Origin: Cyanophora paradoxa CCMP329
Lineage: Eukaryota > Plantae > Glaucophyta
Length of the DNA stretch: 64,000 nt
NCBI GenBank assembly: GCA_004431415.1
Contig: QPMI01000404.1
Location: 32,974-96,973, forward strand
Reading direction: 5' to 3'
The notes below the pieces were generated by a model that worked only from the letters and a program-made list of their open reading frames with translations, searched no databases and was not told where the DNA came from. Positions 7,540 to 19,259 of this stretch are shown piece after piece. Every line of letters starts with the position of its first letter. Position 1 is the stretch's first letter. The position numbers were made by a program, and so were the translations under genes.

Positions 7540-10059
7540 TCAGACACCGCTAACGTGATGACGAGGGGATGGGGTGGCGGATGACGGCGAAGAGGCCCAG
7601 TCCCGTAGAGTGGGCACAAAGTGGATTTTTTTCCCATCATTGCAGCTTTTCGCGAGGCGATCGGCCTGGTCGTTGTAGCAGTCGTACGCTGGATTGGGTA
7701 CCAGTTCCGCTCCCGGCGCCCGGCGGGCTCGTGCACGGTTTTTCTTGGTCGGGTCAGGGGCAGGGGCCGGTGGGGGCGGTTTTGAGTTCTCTTCGGCGAG
7801 GGTAGCAACCTCAGCGGCACGGAGTGATGTCGGGCGGGTAAGGTTAGAGAGAATTTCGGCGCGAGGCAGATGCAGCCTCCGTTCTCTTTGTAGTTTTCCT
7901 ACAACCTGGGCGAAGGCAGCTTCGTCTGATTTTGGCGGGGGGTCTGCTGCCGGGTCTGGTAATGTGATGAGCGTTGGCGAGGGAGGGCGGGAGTGAGCCG
8001 CGAGGGAGTCATCTTCGCTGTCGCTCGCCTGCGATTTGCCCTCAGGTGTGAAGCGGGTCTCGCCGTCGTCACCGATTTCAGAGTCAGGTGGCGTCGGCAG
8101 CGTGCCACCGCGGTGCGAGGTTCGCCGGCGCCGACTGCCGAGCGTTGGAACAAAGGCTGTTTCTGGAGTCGCAAACGCGAGCTGATCCGGGGGAAAGGGT
8201 TCGGGGCCTATTTCAGTGGTGCCGAGGTAAAGGGCAAGTACAATGAAATGGGTGTAGGTCCGTAGTCGTTCCGGGAAGTCCCGAATGAGTGTGCTGAGGC
8301 GCTGCGTCGACGGGTCTCCAGAGAGGACGTAGGCTGTCATGAGAAGAAGGATCCCGCAGGAGGAGCGGTCGATCTGAATGGGTCCGTCGCAGGCATCTGT
8401 CGAGAAGGATGTCCATAGAGGCGGGGCGAAGGGTTCGTCATCCCGTCGAAGCCAGATTCGGACAAGGTCAAGGCCTAGGGCAGTCCGGTCGGGTCGGCTC
8501 CGGTTCCCGCCGTCGTAGATTCGGATCGAGCGTTGTCTGGGGGCGATGAGAAGGAGGACCCAGTGGTCGGCTGGGTCGCCTTCCCGGTGCGGGAGGCGGG
8601 ACGGGACCAGAGCGGGGAAGAAAACCATGCGATACGACCGTAGTGGTCGTGGTGGCAGATAGTGCAGTGTTTGTGCTGGGTTAAGAGTATGGGGTTGGGC
8701 GCCGACACCAGCTGTGGAGATTGCAGTGGGGAGGAAGCAGACGTCGCCCCCGCGGCACGCCGGTCGGGCTGCCAGGACGTCGAGGAAGGCATCGACCACC
8801 CGATCCGGGACTCCACGGGGAAGAGCGCTAGCGATAGTCCTATAGCTAGTTCGCCCGCCGCTCGGTGCAGGGGGTAGGTCTGTGTATAGGCAGGCAAGGT
8901 CTGCAACGTAGAGCGCCGGGGCAGGCGAGCGGGATGGTCGGCTCTCCGGCGTAGTGTGAGCTCGCGGGTATCCAATGATGGCGTGTTCCGCTGCGTGGTC
9001 ACCTCGGTTGAGGGCTGGGCCCCAACTGATGCGGATTTGGGGAAGCAGGGCTTTCTCGGCCTGCGAGAGAGCTCGAGGGAGGGGCGGCACACGGGGTGGT
9101 AGCTGAGGGCTCGTCGCCAATGTTTGCACAGATGACACCGGTGGCAGCGTGGGAGGAGGCATTGAGTCCGCTGCGGGCTCTGGTGAGGACGTGTCGGCGA
9201 GCTTGGGTGCCGATGCAGGGCTGGGTGCGGGTGGCGACGGGAGCTCCGGTTGTAACGTCGTCACAGTTGGCGGGTCCACGGCAGAGTGGTGGTCATGAGT
9301 GGGCCCGGACCAGTCAGCGGGAAAGGAGGGCTTCGTTGGCTTGTAGCCTTGTCCAGTGAGGCTGAGATCTGAGAGGTAGAGAGCAGCGGCGTACCGGAGC
9401 CGGATTGCCGGGAGAATTGTGCGCGATAATTTGCCGGGGGCAGTCCCAGTCATGCGTGAGATGTAGCCCGATGCAATGTAGTCCGCGGCCGCCAATACTA
9501 ACAGGGCGTCTTCACCGTGTTCTGCACCGGGCCAGCTCGGCGAGTTGAGGGTGCTAGCATCGCAGAACCAGCGAGGGCATTGCGGGGCTGGGCCCCCGGC
9601 TTGCTCCTGCCATGCATCTGCCCAGGCTTGAAGCTCGGGGAGGACATCGGAGCAGGGCGTGTGGGAGCCGTCAATAACCCTTATAACTCGGGTGCGTGGA
9701 GAGATAAGCGCCAGGCGCCAGTGGCGAAGGAGTGCTCGACCATCAGGCCCAGGGATGGGCGGGAGGGGGAGCAGGAGGTAGTCAACGTCGTTCGGGCGGA
9801 GGGTCGCTTTGTTTCAGCAAATGAACTCTGGAGGGCAGTCGGGGTCCAGGAGGGCCCGTCTGGCTGCACGGGGAGAGACGAAAATGCAGCTGGGGAGGCC
9901 CGGCGTCCGTGCCCGTTCCTGCGCAGCTCGGCGGGCGACAAGGCGGAGGAACGCAATTACGTGCTGCTCGTGAAGGGGCATTTCTTGTAAGAGGAGTGCA
10001 GATGCGGCTTCATGGTCGGAGAGCGTGAGGGGGTTACGCATAGATGCCGCCTGCACTTG
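7540..10059 (-). pseudogene. Retrotransposon polyprotein part 3: two tandem Ulp1/C48-like protease domains and the RNase H C-terminal helix
   Basis: Same frame as part 2 across TAG 10060 and TGA 9814. Contains DRVVDAFLDVL..HWVLLLI..IRIYD..QIDRSSCG, a second copy HVIAFLRLV..HWRLALI..IRVIDG, and YNDQADRLAK near the end. Confidence 0.8.
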
Positions 10060-13000
10060 CTAGCGTAGAGTTGGCGGTAGCGGCGCGGCGCGGAAATTTG
10101 GGTATGCGGCTGAGACCCCCACGGTGGGCGGTGGCGGATGGTATGCACGGATTGCGTCTGCTTCAGTGAATTTGCCATGCGAAGGCCGTTCGGGCAGGAT
10201 TGGGCTAGGAGTGTTGGGCAGAACTGATGGGTGGCATAAAGTGCAGAGGGGGGCTGGGCCCGCTCGCCAATCCTGAAGTACAAAATCAAGGGAAGTGCAC
10301 GGGCGGTCCGGGTCGCAGCGGTGATACGCTGCAGTGGGGTCGTTGGGGGACAGGGGCAGGTCCTCGTCCCAGTGCCAAGCGGGGTGCTCAGCCGGGAATG
10401 AGCCATTTTCAGCCATCTGCCATCGAGACGGCGAGGCGAGCCAGGTAGTCTGGTCGCGCCGGGCCCCAGTCGAGGACGGAGGGCCAGTGAGGGGGTAATC
10501 CCGGCGTGCATTCGCGCGGACTGCGAGTGCATCCCAGTACTCCGTGCGTGACGGGCCCGTTGTTGGGAGAGACACATCGACTTCGGGCCAGAATATTGGG
10601 TTAATGGGGGAAGTGCAGTGGAGACTGATACGAGTGCGATACCGAATCGGAAGGGCGGCAAGCCAGGGTGCGTAGCGGCGTAGGAAGTCAGCTGGAGCTG
10701 TAATCACGAGAGACTTATCAGGCAGCACTCGTGTGTGGGCCCTCGGGATGCGGATAGCAGTTTCCCAGATTATGCATTGCTCGGCAGGGTGTGCTGCCAG
10801 ATCGGGGGCAGCTGCAGCAAGGTCAAGTAGGAGGTGGTGCGGCGTTCCAAATTGCGCAAGTTCTATGATTTCAGGGTTCGCCAAGTATTGTTCGTATTCG
10901 CCAAGCGTTTGGGGGGCAATATAAACGTGGGCACGCCCCTCGTCATCTGGGGGCCCATCATGGAGGTAGGCAATGGGAATATTTAGTCCTCCATAGACAC
11001 TGCGATATTCCCGGGCTGCAGCCTCCGATGGAGAGGGCTGGCTGCGTGGACGCGGGGCGGGGCCAGGGCGCGCGACATAGGGGCGGGTGGCGTCGAAAGG
11101 CATACGTGGCGGGGCAGCTGCAGCCCTTGAGGGCTGGCGGGTTAGTACCGGGTGGGTTAGTCGGGTCTCGAGCTCTGTTATAGGGATGGTTTTCGGCTCG
11201 TGGGCTGGGGTCCAGGTTAGAGTCGGGAGGGGGGCGTAGCCAGCGCGTTCGCGGGCTGCAACAATTGCACGTATTGCAAGAATTGTGTCGCAGTATGGGC
11301 TGCGGAGAATTTTCCGAAGGAGAAGAGGGCATCCCGTGAGGCAAAAGCGCAGCAGAATCGAGATTGTGCCTTTGCTGTCTAGGGTGAGGGTGCCTCCCTC
11401 CTTGCCGAGGTACGTGAGCGCGAGCATGACAGCCTCGAGCTCGCCGAGGCCGATGTTACATTGGACTCCACTGACACGAGCTGAGAAAGTAACTGTGGAG
11501 AGCAGCTGAGGGTTACGGGCTGCAGGGATGACAACTCCAAACGTCGTTCTGACTGTGGATTTCCCTGCGTGTCTAGTGCTCCCGTCTGTCCAGATTGAGG
11601 TTGCGAGGGCATCGGATGCTGGCGCGTGTGTAGCCTCGATCACCCGAGCTAGTGCCGCCGGCGGGTTCGTTGTGTTCCGGTGGGCCGATGGAATAAGACA
11701 TGGATTTAGGTCTTCACGTCGCGCGGAGGGGGGGGGCTTTGCTTCAGCCACGTCGAGCTGCACTGCTTCGTCCTGGAATTCTTCCCACCAGGGGGCCAGC
11801 TCGAGCCAGATGGAGCGGGCGGCCCCCTCGGGTACTTCGTAGTAAATCGAGCGGGGCTGTGCGTGTACCTCGGCGCCCTCTAGATCTGAATCCGAGTCGT
11901 GCACCGGCCGCGGGGGCAGGGATCGGATTCGGCGTGGGCGGGGGCCGGAGGCTAAGCGGAAGTCTTGGCGGTTCGTCGGAAGCCCGACAAAGGCTAGCTT
12001 TTTGTTTAGCCTTGCGAGCCGTTTCTGTGCCGCAGTCGAGAGTCTTTGGGTCAACGTCGGGTTTGCAGGTGGGAGAGCTTCAGAGGCGGGCTTGTTTCGT
12101 TTGTTGAGCGCCCGTGGGGGGACGAACGGCCCGTCGGCTGCACGACGAGAGCGCTTGGAGGGATGCCCCGGCGGTCCTGCATCAGCGATGCGGGCCACTC
12201 GTACATGGGTGGCCCATTCGTGCCATTCGCACACATCAGTAGCCAGGCCGAGGTGCTTGTGCAGGCCAGCGCTGCCGCAGTATGATGGCGCTGGACAGGG
12301 GACAAAGCAGGCCTTTTCGTCATCGGTCCCTGCGATAATTTCATTGCGTTCGCGGAGCTCAGAGTCGTCGAGCCGCCAGTGGCGCAGGTGAACCATGTAG
12401 ACCTTTTCAGTCTCCGCTGTTGCCTCTGGATCAAGGTTCGCAGCCTCCGGGTCTGCTATCAGGGGCGTGGATACGACCTCGGCTAGGTAGCCCGCTGAAG
12501 TCCAGACCAGTGTGCCGGGGGTGAGCTTGGCGATGAGGGGGCTAGCGCGGACTGCTTGGCGAATATCAAGGGGACGGGAGAGGAGGGGCATGCAAAATTC
12601 TGCGCGGATCGGGCGGGGCCAGGTGGGGCCCTCCGCTTCGTCAAAATGTGCGCGTTCAGACAGTTCTTCGCGTAGCCAATCCCACCATTCCGGCTGTTTG
12701 CGTTTTGTGTAGGGGACGCGGCAAAGCTGCCAGAGCTCTGACCAGGTTGGGATGCAGACTTCGCCATGAATCTGAACTGTGATGTGGGCCATCGTGAAGA
12801 GGCCACATTCCATGAGAAAGACGCCAGCCTTGGCTAGAAGGGCGGGAGAAAGTTGGGAAGCCAGGATGAACCGACGGTCAAGTTTAGCTTCTGTCCCTGA
12901 GAGGCCTAGCACCCATCCGTTCGCTGCAAACGTCGTCCAGTTGGCGAAGGCATGATCAGACGCGGCTAGAGCCCGTGTAATGGACAGGCACAAATGTGTG

Positions 13001-15051
13001 TCCTCTTGCCGGGAAGTTGGTGTGAAATTCGAGTATTCGTAGGGGAGCAGGCAGAGCCCGTGTCGGGCTTGGGTATCCAGTATGCGTTGGCGGTGGAGCT
13101 GTCCAATGAGGGAGTCCGGGAGAAAATAAGCTGTCTCGAGCCGGAGCCGCTCGTCGAGTGTCTGAGACTGGAGCAGGAGCGTGGAGACATGGCGCAGCTG
13201 GTAAAGAAGGTAGAGTGCTGGTGTACTGGTTGACTTAGCGTGGCCTGCGGCGTGTCTAAACACTTCGGACCAAACTCGCTCCAGCTGTGCACAGCGGGCT
13301 GCACTGAGCGTCATGATTCGCATCGGGTAGGCCAGTTTAGGATAGATAACGCGGTGTAAAACAGTGCGAAATTCGTCAACGGAGAGATATTTTGGGCCGA
13401 GGAGGTGCATTGCGGTGCGTGCATGTGAGAGGAGGAGGCGAAATTGGGGCCCCCAGTCAAGCGATGCTGTGAAAAATACTCCAAGGATTCGGAAGGCATC
13501 ATTTGGTTGATGGATGGTGCCGATGGGCTCGGCTTGGGGTCCCAAGCCCACTTTGATCGGTGCAAGTGTAATCGGGCGCAATGGCCGCCAGTCCGGTCGC
13601 CAGAAAGCTACCTCGCTCTTCTTTGCATTCAGGCGGATGTTATGAATGTGTAGGAATTCTGAGAGCCACTGAAAGAAGCGCTGGAGGGTGTGTGGGGAGT
13701 CTGCAAACATCGTTGTATCGTCCGCGTAGGCCAGGATTGATAGGAACGAGCGGGGCCCAGCTGGAACTTTATAGGTCTCCCCGGGTCGCGCGGCGCCTGT
13801 GGTGCCTGGGACAAAATCACGGAGCTTCCCGGAGGAAGTACCTGGGAGGGGGCCCATGCGGTACCCAATATTGGCTGTCCGTGCTTCTTCATCGATTGCT
13901 GTGAGCACCGTGTCATAGAAGATGCGCCAGTGGAGGGGGGCTTCAATCCCTCCCTGCGGCAGGCCGCAGCGAACTTGGAACCATTCTGTACGGCCATGGG
14001 GCGTAAGGATGGCGGCCGTGCGGTGTCGAGCTGCGTAGGCGTGGAGTTGGATGTATGCGCGGCCAGCCGGGTGCTCGTGCATGCGTAGCCGGCGGAAGCT
14101 GGCTTCCATGCTTTCCCAGGAGACGCTGTCGTACGCGCTAGCTATGTCACCGAGGCCAATGTATATTGGTTTGCGGTGGTCATGGGCGTCCTCAAGGGCT
14201 GCGCGGACCGCGTACAGGACTGGGTCGGTAGATTCGTGTCGACGGAAGCCGTAGTTGGGTCCTCGCAGGATCTGGTGGTCTTCCAGACGGGAATCGAGCC
14301 TGTCGGTGAGGATGCCCGTGACAAGCTTCCAGAGAACTTCCTGTAGCGTGATTGGGCGGAGGGAGCCTAGATCAGTAGCGTTGTCGCGTTTGGGGATGGT
14401 AAAGACCTGTCCGCGGAGAAGATGGTCGCATATATGGCCTTCAAGCGTGGCTTTGACGATCGCCTTTATGACCTCGCGGGAAGTGGTCCAGAAGTCGGTA
14501 CTGGCCCATGCATCAACTTCGGCGTGGCTGTGCTTAAGGGTGAGAAGCTGACGATCAGCTTTTGAGAGGTGCGGGGGGAAGAATATCATTTTAAGCATGC
14601 CATTAGTGAGACCCGACGGGCCGCCGGCTCCGTCTGATGTGGCTGCAAGGCGGGCTGAGAGTTCGCGATCTTCTGGCATGTCCGTCATGCCGTCGAATGC
14701 AGCAAGCTGAACGTGTGGGAGGGGTGCATATTGGCGGATCCAGTGTTCCGCGCGTTCGGGGTGCAAGGCCAGGCGAGCACGGATGCGCTCTGGTGTGACG
14801 GCGGCATCACGTGGGTACCAGAATCTCTCATCGAAAAATTCTTTATATTCGGTCAGCACCGCTTGCGGCGCCGTTATGACGTGCACGATGCCGTCCACCA
14901 GTTGTGAGGTACGGCTTGACAGTGCTTCTGAATTTGTCGAACAGAATCTGGATCGCTTGCCCCATCGAGGACGAGCGGGAGAGCATGTGACGTCGGGCAT
15001 CGATGTCGCGGGATAGTTTGTCGGTCTGGAAGCCCCGGCGGTGTGCATCAA
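10060..15051 (-). pseudogene. Retrotransposon polyprotein part 2: non-LTR reverse transcriptase plus N-terminal part of RNase H
   Basis: RT motifs IPK, LRPITL, YGFR, DIASAYDSV, GLPQGG, LAYADD, LNAKKS, ILGV; RNase H motifs IWTDGS, GELEAV, LDSK, WTPAH. Confidence 0.95.
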
Positions 15052-18000
15052 GAGCTGCCATATTTCGGTTTGTCCAGGAGGTTAAAGCTGCGAAGTAGCG
15101 CGACCAGCATTCTTCAGGAGTCGCACGGTCGGAGGCGCCTGGGAAAATTGGGGCAGCTTCTAGGGGGACGGGATAGTAATGGAATTCCGTCTCTGGGCGC
15201 TGAGCTACTTCAAAATTATGGAATTCAACCGTCTGTTCGAGCTGTGTAAGGTAGTGTAGTGGGGAGGATCTGGAGCCGTCGGCACTGTCAGGAGCTAGTG
15301 CCGGTGGGGGGCCAGACGTGTCGGCGTGGCGTGCCCAAGCTGAGAGGCATCCCTGGACCTGAAGCAGGATGCCGGAGTCCTGGTCCTTCGCTCCTGGGGT
15401 GAATATGCTGGGGGTCCGGTCGCGGCGCTGGCGGTATTGGAGGAGCTGGGCCTCACTGAGGTCGGGCGACTCGGCCGCGTATTTAACCGCTTCCACGAGG
15501 GCGTGCATGAGCGTGCGGACTGCCCGCTTGACCCGCCTAGGGTAATTTGGATGCGTCCGCTGTTGTTCCGTGGGGCGGAGGATGAGGTTGACTTGGTGCG
15601 AGGATCGGGCCAGCCAGGTCTGGACGTGCATCTTTGCCCTGACGCGCGTCTCTGCCGGTTGCGCCAGGTAGGTGAAAGCTGGGGGAAGGGGCTGGGTTTG
15701 AGGGCGTACGCTGGGGCGGACCGCGTTCCCTTCGTTATCTAGCGAGGGGAGAAGGCCCTCGATGTTGAACGAGGTGATCACGGGGAAGTGGTCAGAGCGG
15801 ATTGCAGTCAGGACTCGGGCAGTGTAGAGTGTGCGAGTAGCCTGCATGCGCGCTGCCAGAGCTTCGGATGCAAGAATCCCGTCCAGTCGCGCAGCCGTGT
15901 GGAGGCGCTGCGGGGCTGGGGTGTCTGGGCCTTCGTTCTGGGGCCGAGCAGCTTTAACCCAGGTTATATCGCCTGGAGTACCGAGGTCGATCAGCCGCCA
16001 GTCGTGGAGCAGCGTTGTCCAGAAATCCCGCTCAGGGGCTGATTTGCGGGCTCGGGCCGTGGAGATGCGGTCGCGGCGAGGGTCATGGACCGCATTGAAG
16101 TCACCCATTAGCACCAGTTCGGTGTGTTTGAAATCCTTGTGTCGCCAGTCATTCAGGACAGTTGTCGTTAAATATTCCATGACGTCGTCTAGTTCGCTCT
16201 GGGGAAGTGAGCGATGAGGCATGTACACGTTCAAGACAAGGAGCCGCTCGGCTGGAGATTTCTGATAGAGAACGCCAATTAGACGGCCGGGGACCGCATA
16301 CGTTTTGACAATGTCGTGTTTGAATCGGTTGTGCACCCAAAGGGCCACGCCTTTGCCTCGTCCGGCCTCGTCGGCGTTGGTGGGGCCTGAAACGTAGAGA
16401 GTGCCCTCGGGGCGGATGCGGTGTATGGTGCGTACAAGTCCTTGCATTCGTGCGCCTGGCAGGCTGAGTTCTTGGAAAGCTACGAAGTCCGCGGCCCAGG
16501 TCCCCACGGTTTCGTTGAGGGCCGCTAGAAGGCGGTCTGCCGGGTCACGTAAGGTCTCGAGCAGTCCCTGGACATTCCAAGTGACGCAGCGAATCTCAGA
16601 GTTGAGCCGTGGGCAGGCCGCAGAGGGGCTGCTCGAGGTCCGGCCCCGGAGGACGAAGCGGCGCTCATCGGTCGAGCGAGGGTATATGGCGGTGTTCTGA
16701 TAGAAATTAGGCGGGTACAGGTCCGCAAGCGAGAGGGGGGCTTGAGGCGGCGGCTGGTCGCTCGCAGGGGCGGGGTCGGTGCTGTCGTCGTTTATAATTA
16801 GGTCTCCGGATTCCGGGGGGTCCGCTTCGAGGTCCCCCCACGGCGCTGGTAAGGGGCCGGCGGGGGCGTCGCTGTCAGATGAGTGAAGCGTGGCCATGTC
16901 CGAGTGCCAATCGTCGGCTGAGAGGCCTTGTTCTCCGCTTGCAGAATTGAGGAAACCGGGACGCAGCCCTGCAAAGGGGCGGCGCGCCGTTTTAGTCGGG
17001 GGCGGGTATGAGGGGCCGGCGTCGTCGGCGTCGGCCGCATTGTCTACGTCCGTGTCCGTGTCCTCGTCTTGGTCTGGCCATGGAGAGATCGAGATCTCGG
17101 GGGGTGCGCAGTCGTCGGGGTCCGAGTCGTAGGGCTCGAGATCTGCGGATCCAGACGCCCGCGGTCGGGTGTCGACTAGGTCAGGGAGTTCAGCTTCGAA
17201 ATCGGCAGTGTCACGTGCGGCGAGTGCGGTGGCCATCGATGCTGCTGCCGGTACAAGCAGGGCCGCGGTCGCCGACGACGGGCCCGCACGCGTCGATTCA
17301 GGGCAAGATGCTGGGGCTGCGAGAGATGTCTCAAACAGGAGGAAGAGTATAAGCAAGGATAAGAGGCGCCTGCGAAGTGCGCTGTGCGTCAAGCATGCGC
17401 GGCCGACAGCGTGTGTCCGGTTTGGAGTACTACAGTGGGGCGTGATTCGGGCGGCGCTCATCGTGAAGGCTGCGGCGAGCGTTGTCGCAGCATTCTGGGC
17501 ATCACCAGCAATTGCTCTTGCCAGGGAGAGGCTAATGCGGAGGGGGTCCCGCAGCGGGGCCCAAGCCAGCACCGTTATCACGTCTCCTGCTGTAAGGGGT
17601 CTCAGGGGGGGAGGGCGGCAAGGGCGTGGCGCCCGCAAGGCGGGACAGGGGCGCCGCGGGCTCCTAGGGTAGAGCAGCCTTGTGACCGCACGGGCGGCCA
17701 AGCGACGTGCGAGGAGCACGAGCGTAACGCAGGCGTAGAGGAGAAGCAAAATTGTCCAGGTTATCAGTGCACTGAGGGCGTAGGCGGGGAGCGTGAATGC
17801 TAGGAGCGGCCCGATGGCGACTGGGACGAGCAAATTCTGCGCCCTTGGCGCAAGGAGGCGTAAGCTCATCGCTGCCTGTGCAGAGGCCAGGGCGGTCGCG
17901 GACACTGCAAGGATGGCTGTGAGGCCGGCAAGAGGCAAGAGTCCGTAGAGGACTCGCGACGGGAGGCCAGCGTCCAGCTTGGAAACCGCTGAGCGTGTGC

Positions 18001-18889
18001 ACGCGCTGGCGTGTACGGCGCCTTTCTGGAATCCGAGCGCAATGTGTCGTCGGGCAGCCGCTGCGGACAGGGAGGCGAGCTCGAGGAGAGAAGTGGCTCG
18101 GTTTAGGCGTCGGCTGAGGGCCACGGCCGCCGCATCAGTGAGTCGCCAGCGGCGGCGCCATATCTTGGTCAGAGACCAGAGTAGGCGGTCCCAGGGTGAG
18201 GGGCACCAGTCTGCTTTGGCTTCGCGGGGCCGGGGGCCGAACCAGAGGGCGCTGCGAGGGGGGTTGAGAGTGGCTCTAATCGTGGAGCGGATAGAGCTGC
18301 CGAGGCGCCGCAGCCTTTCAGCTCCCTCGTCGATGCCTGCCAGCGGGGCGAGGGCTACTAGACGAAGGAGGAGACCCCCCAGGGAGAGTCCGGTCCGAAG
18401 ATGGGAGGCCGCGGGCTTGCGAGGCAGGTCTCTGGGCGGGGAGAGGAGTAGCTGCGCGCGGCGAGGGGACAGCACTTGCAGGCGGAGGGTCGATCCGTGC
18501 CCGTCCTGTGCCTGCAATTGTGCATGTGAAGTCATCAAATTCATCGATATAGGTGCGTCCGCGTTGAGTAGCCCGAGCAGCCGGCTAGAGAAGGAGAGCA
18601 GGAGCTCATTTTCGAGGTTGTCCCCTACACGGGCTTGAGAGGAGAGGTACAGCAGAAGACCGTATAGGCGGAGCATCGCGGGCAAGATCTCGAGGGCGAC
18701 TAGATATAGAGGCGTCGAGTAAAGAGGCCAGGCAGTATCCCGGGGGCTACGGGCTTCAGGGCGGGGATGGTTGCTGTAGCTACATTCGTGAGCCGAGCAG
18801 TGAAAGTCTGGCCGAGGCCTCCGACTGGTGGTGTACTCATGCATGCGCACGTGTTTGTGCCCGCTTCGAGTTCCGGTGCCAGCGCGCAC
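14843..18889 (-). pseudogene. Retrotransposon polyprotein part 1: hydrophobic N-terminal extension, acidic linker, apurinic-like endonuclease (APE)
   Basis: RCVTWNVQGL, ADFVAFQEL, LNVYMP, LMGDFNAV, ARLDGIL and RSDHFPV are the EEP/APE motifs. The start codon is uncertain (18889 is GTG). Confidence 0.9.
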
Positions 18890-18943
18890 GCCATCATCCC
18901 AAAGGCCTGGCGTCGACGCCCAGGCCGGTTCTGTGAGCGTGCG

Positions 18944-19259
18944 TCGGGATTTGCGCTCTCAATGCGTAAATCGAGTTTTGCGCCGACGGAATGCGAACAA
19001 AGAAGACCGTAGCCGAGCGCCAGGCACGAAAGAGCTGGGCGACTCGCTAGCCGCGGAGCGGCGCGAGGCGAGCACGGGATAAGCAGCAGGCTGCAGCAAG
19101 CGTCCCGCAAGGGACTAGGTGAGCTAGCCGTTGGGCCGAGCCGGCGGGCTTGAAGCCGCCGAGCTCCGGGGGGTACGCTGATTCGGGGTTTCCCTGCACG
19201 CCCAGCTTCGCTCGCGGCCGCCCCAGGCCACGAAGCGACCAGCGGCGAAGCGAAATCGC
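18944..19259. repeat. 316-bp dispersed repeat, copy 1 (upstream of the retrotransposon ORF)
   Basis: Near-identical to 59662-59977 in the same orientation. Confidence 0.95.

Larger units (their letters stand above)
7484..19259 (-). mobile_element. Giant non-LTR retrotransposon (APE-RT-RNase H), decayed; both ends approximate
   Basis: One reconstructable reading frame from about 18889 to 7540, interrupted by a frameshift near 14900 and in-frame stops at 10060 (TAG) and 9814 (TGA). No poly(A) tail or TSD is visible. Confidence 0.88.

Noticed and set aside
9814-10062. Alternative genetic code as the cause of in-frame stops
   Set aside because: Both TAG and TGA would need reassignment, they are rare over thousands of codons, and conserved genes here end at TAG, TGA and TAA.
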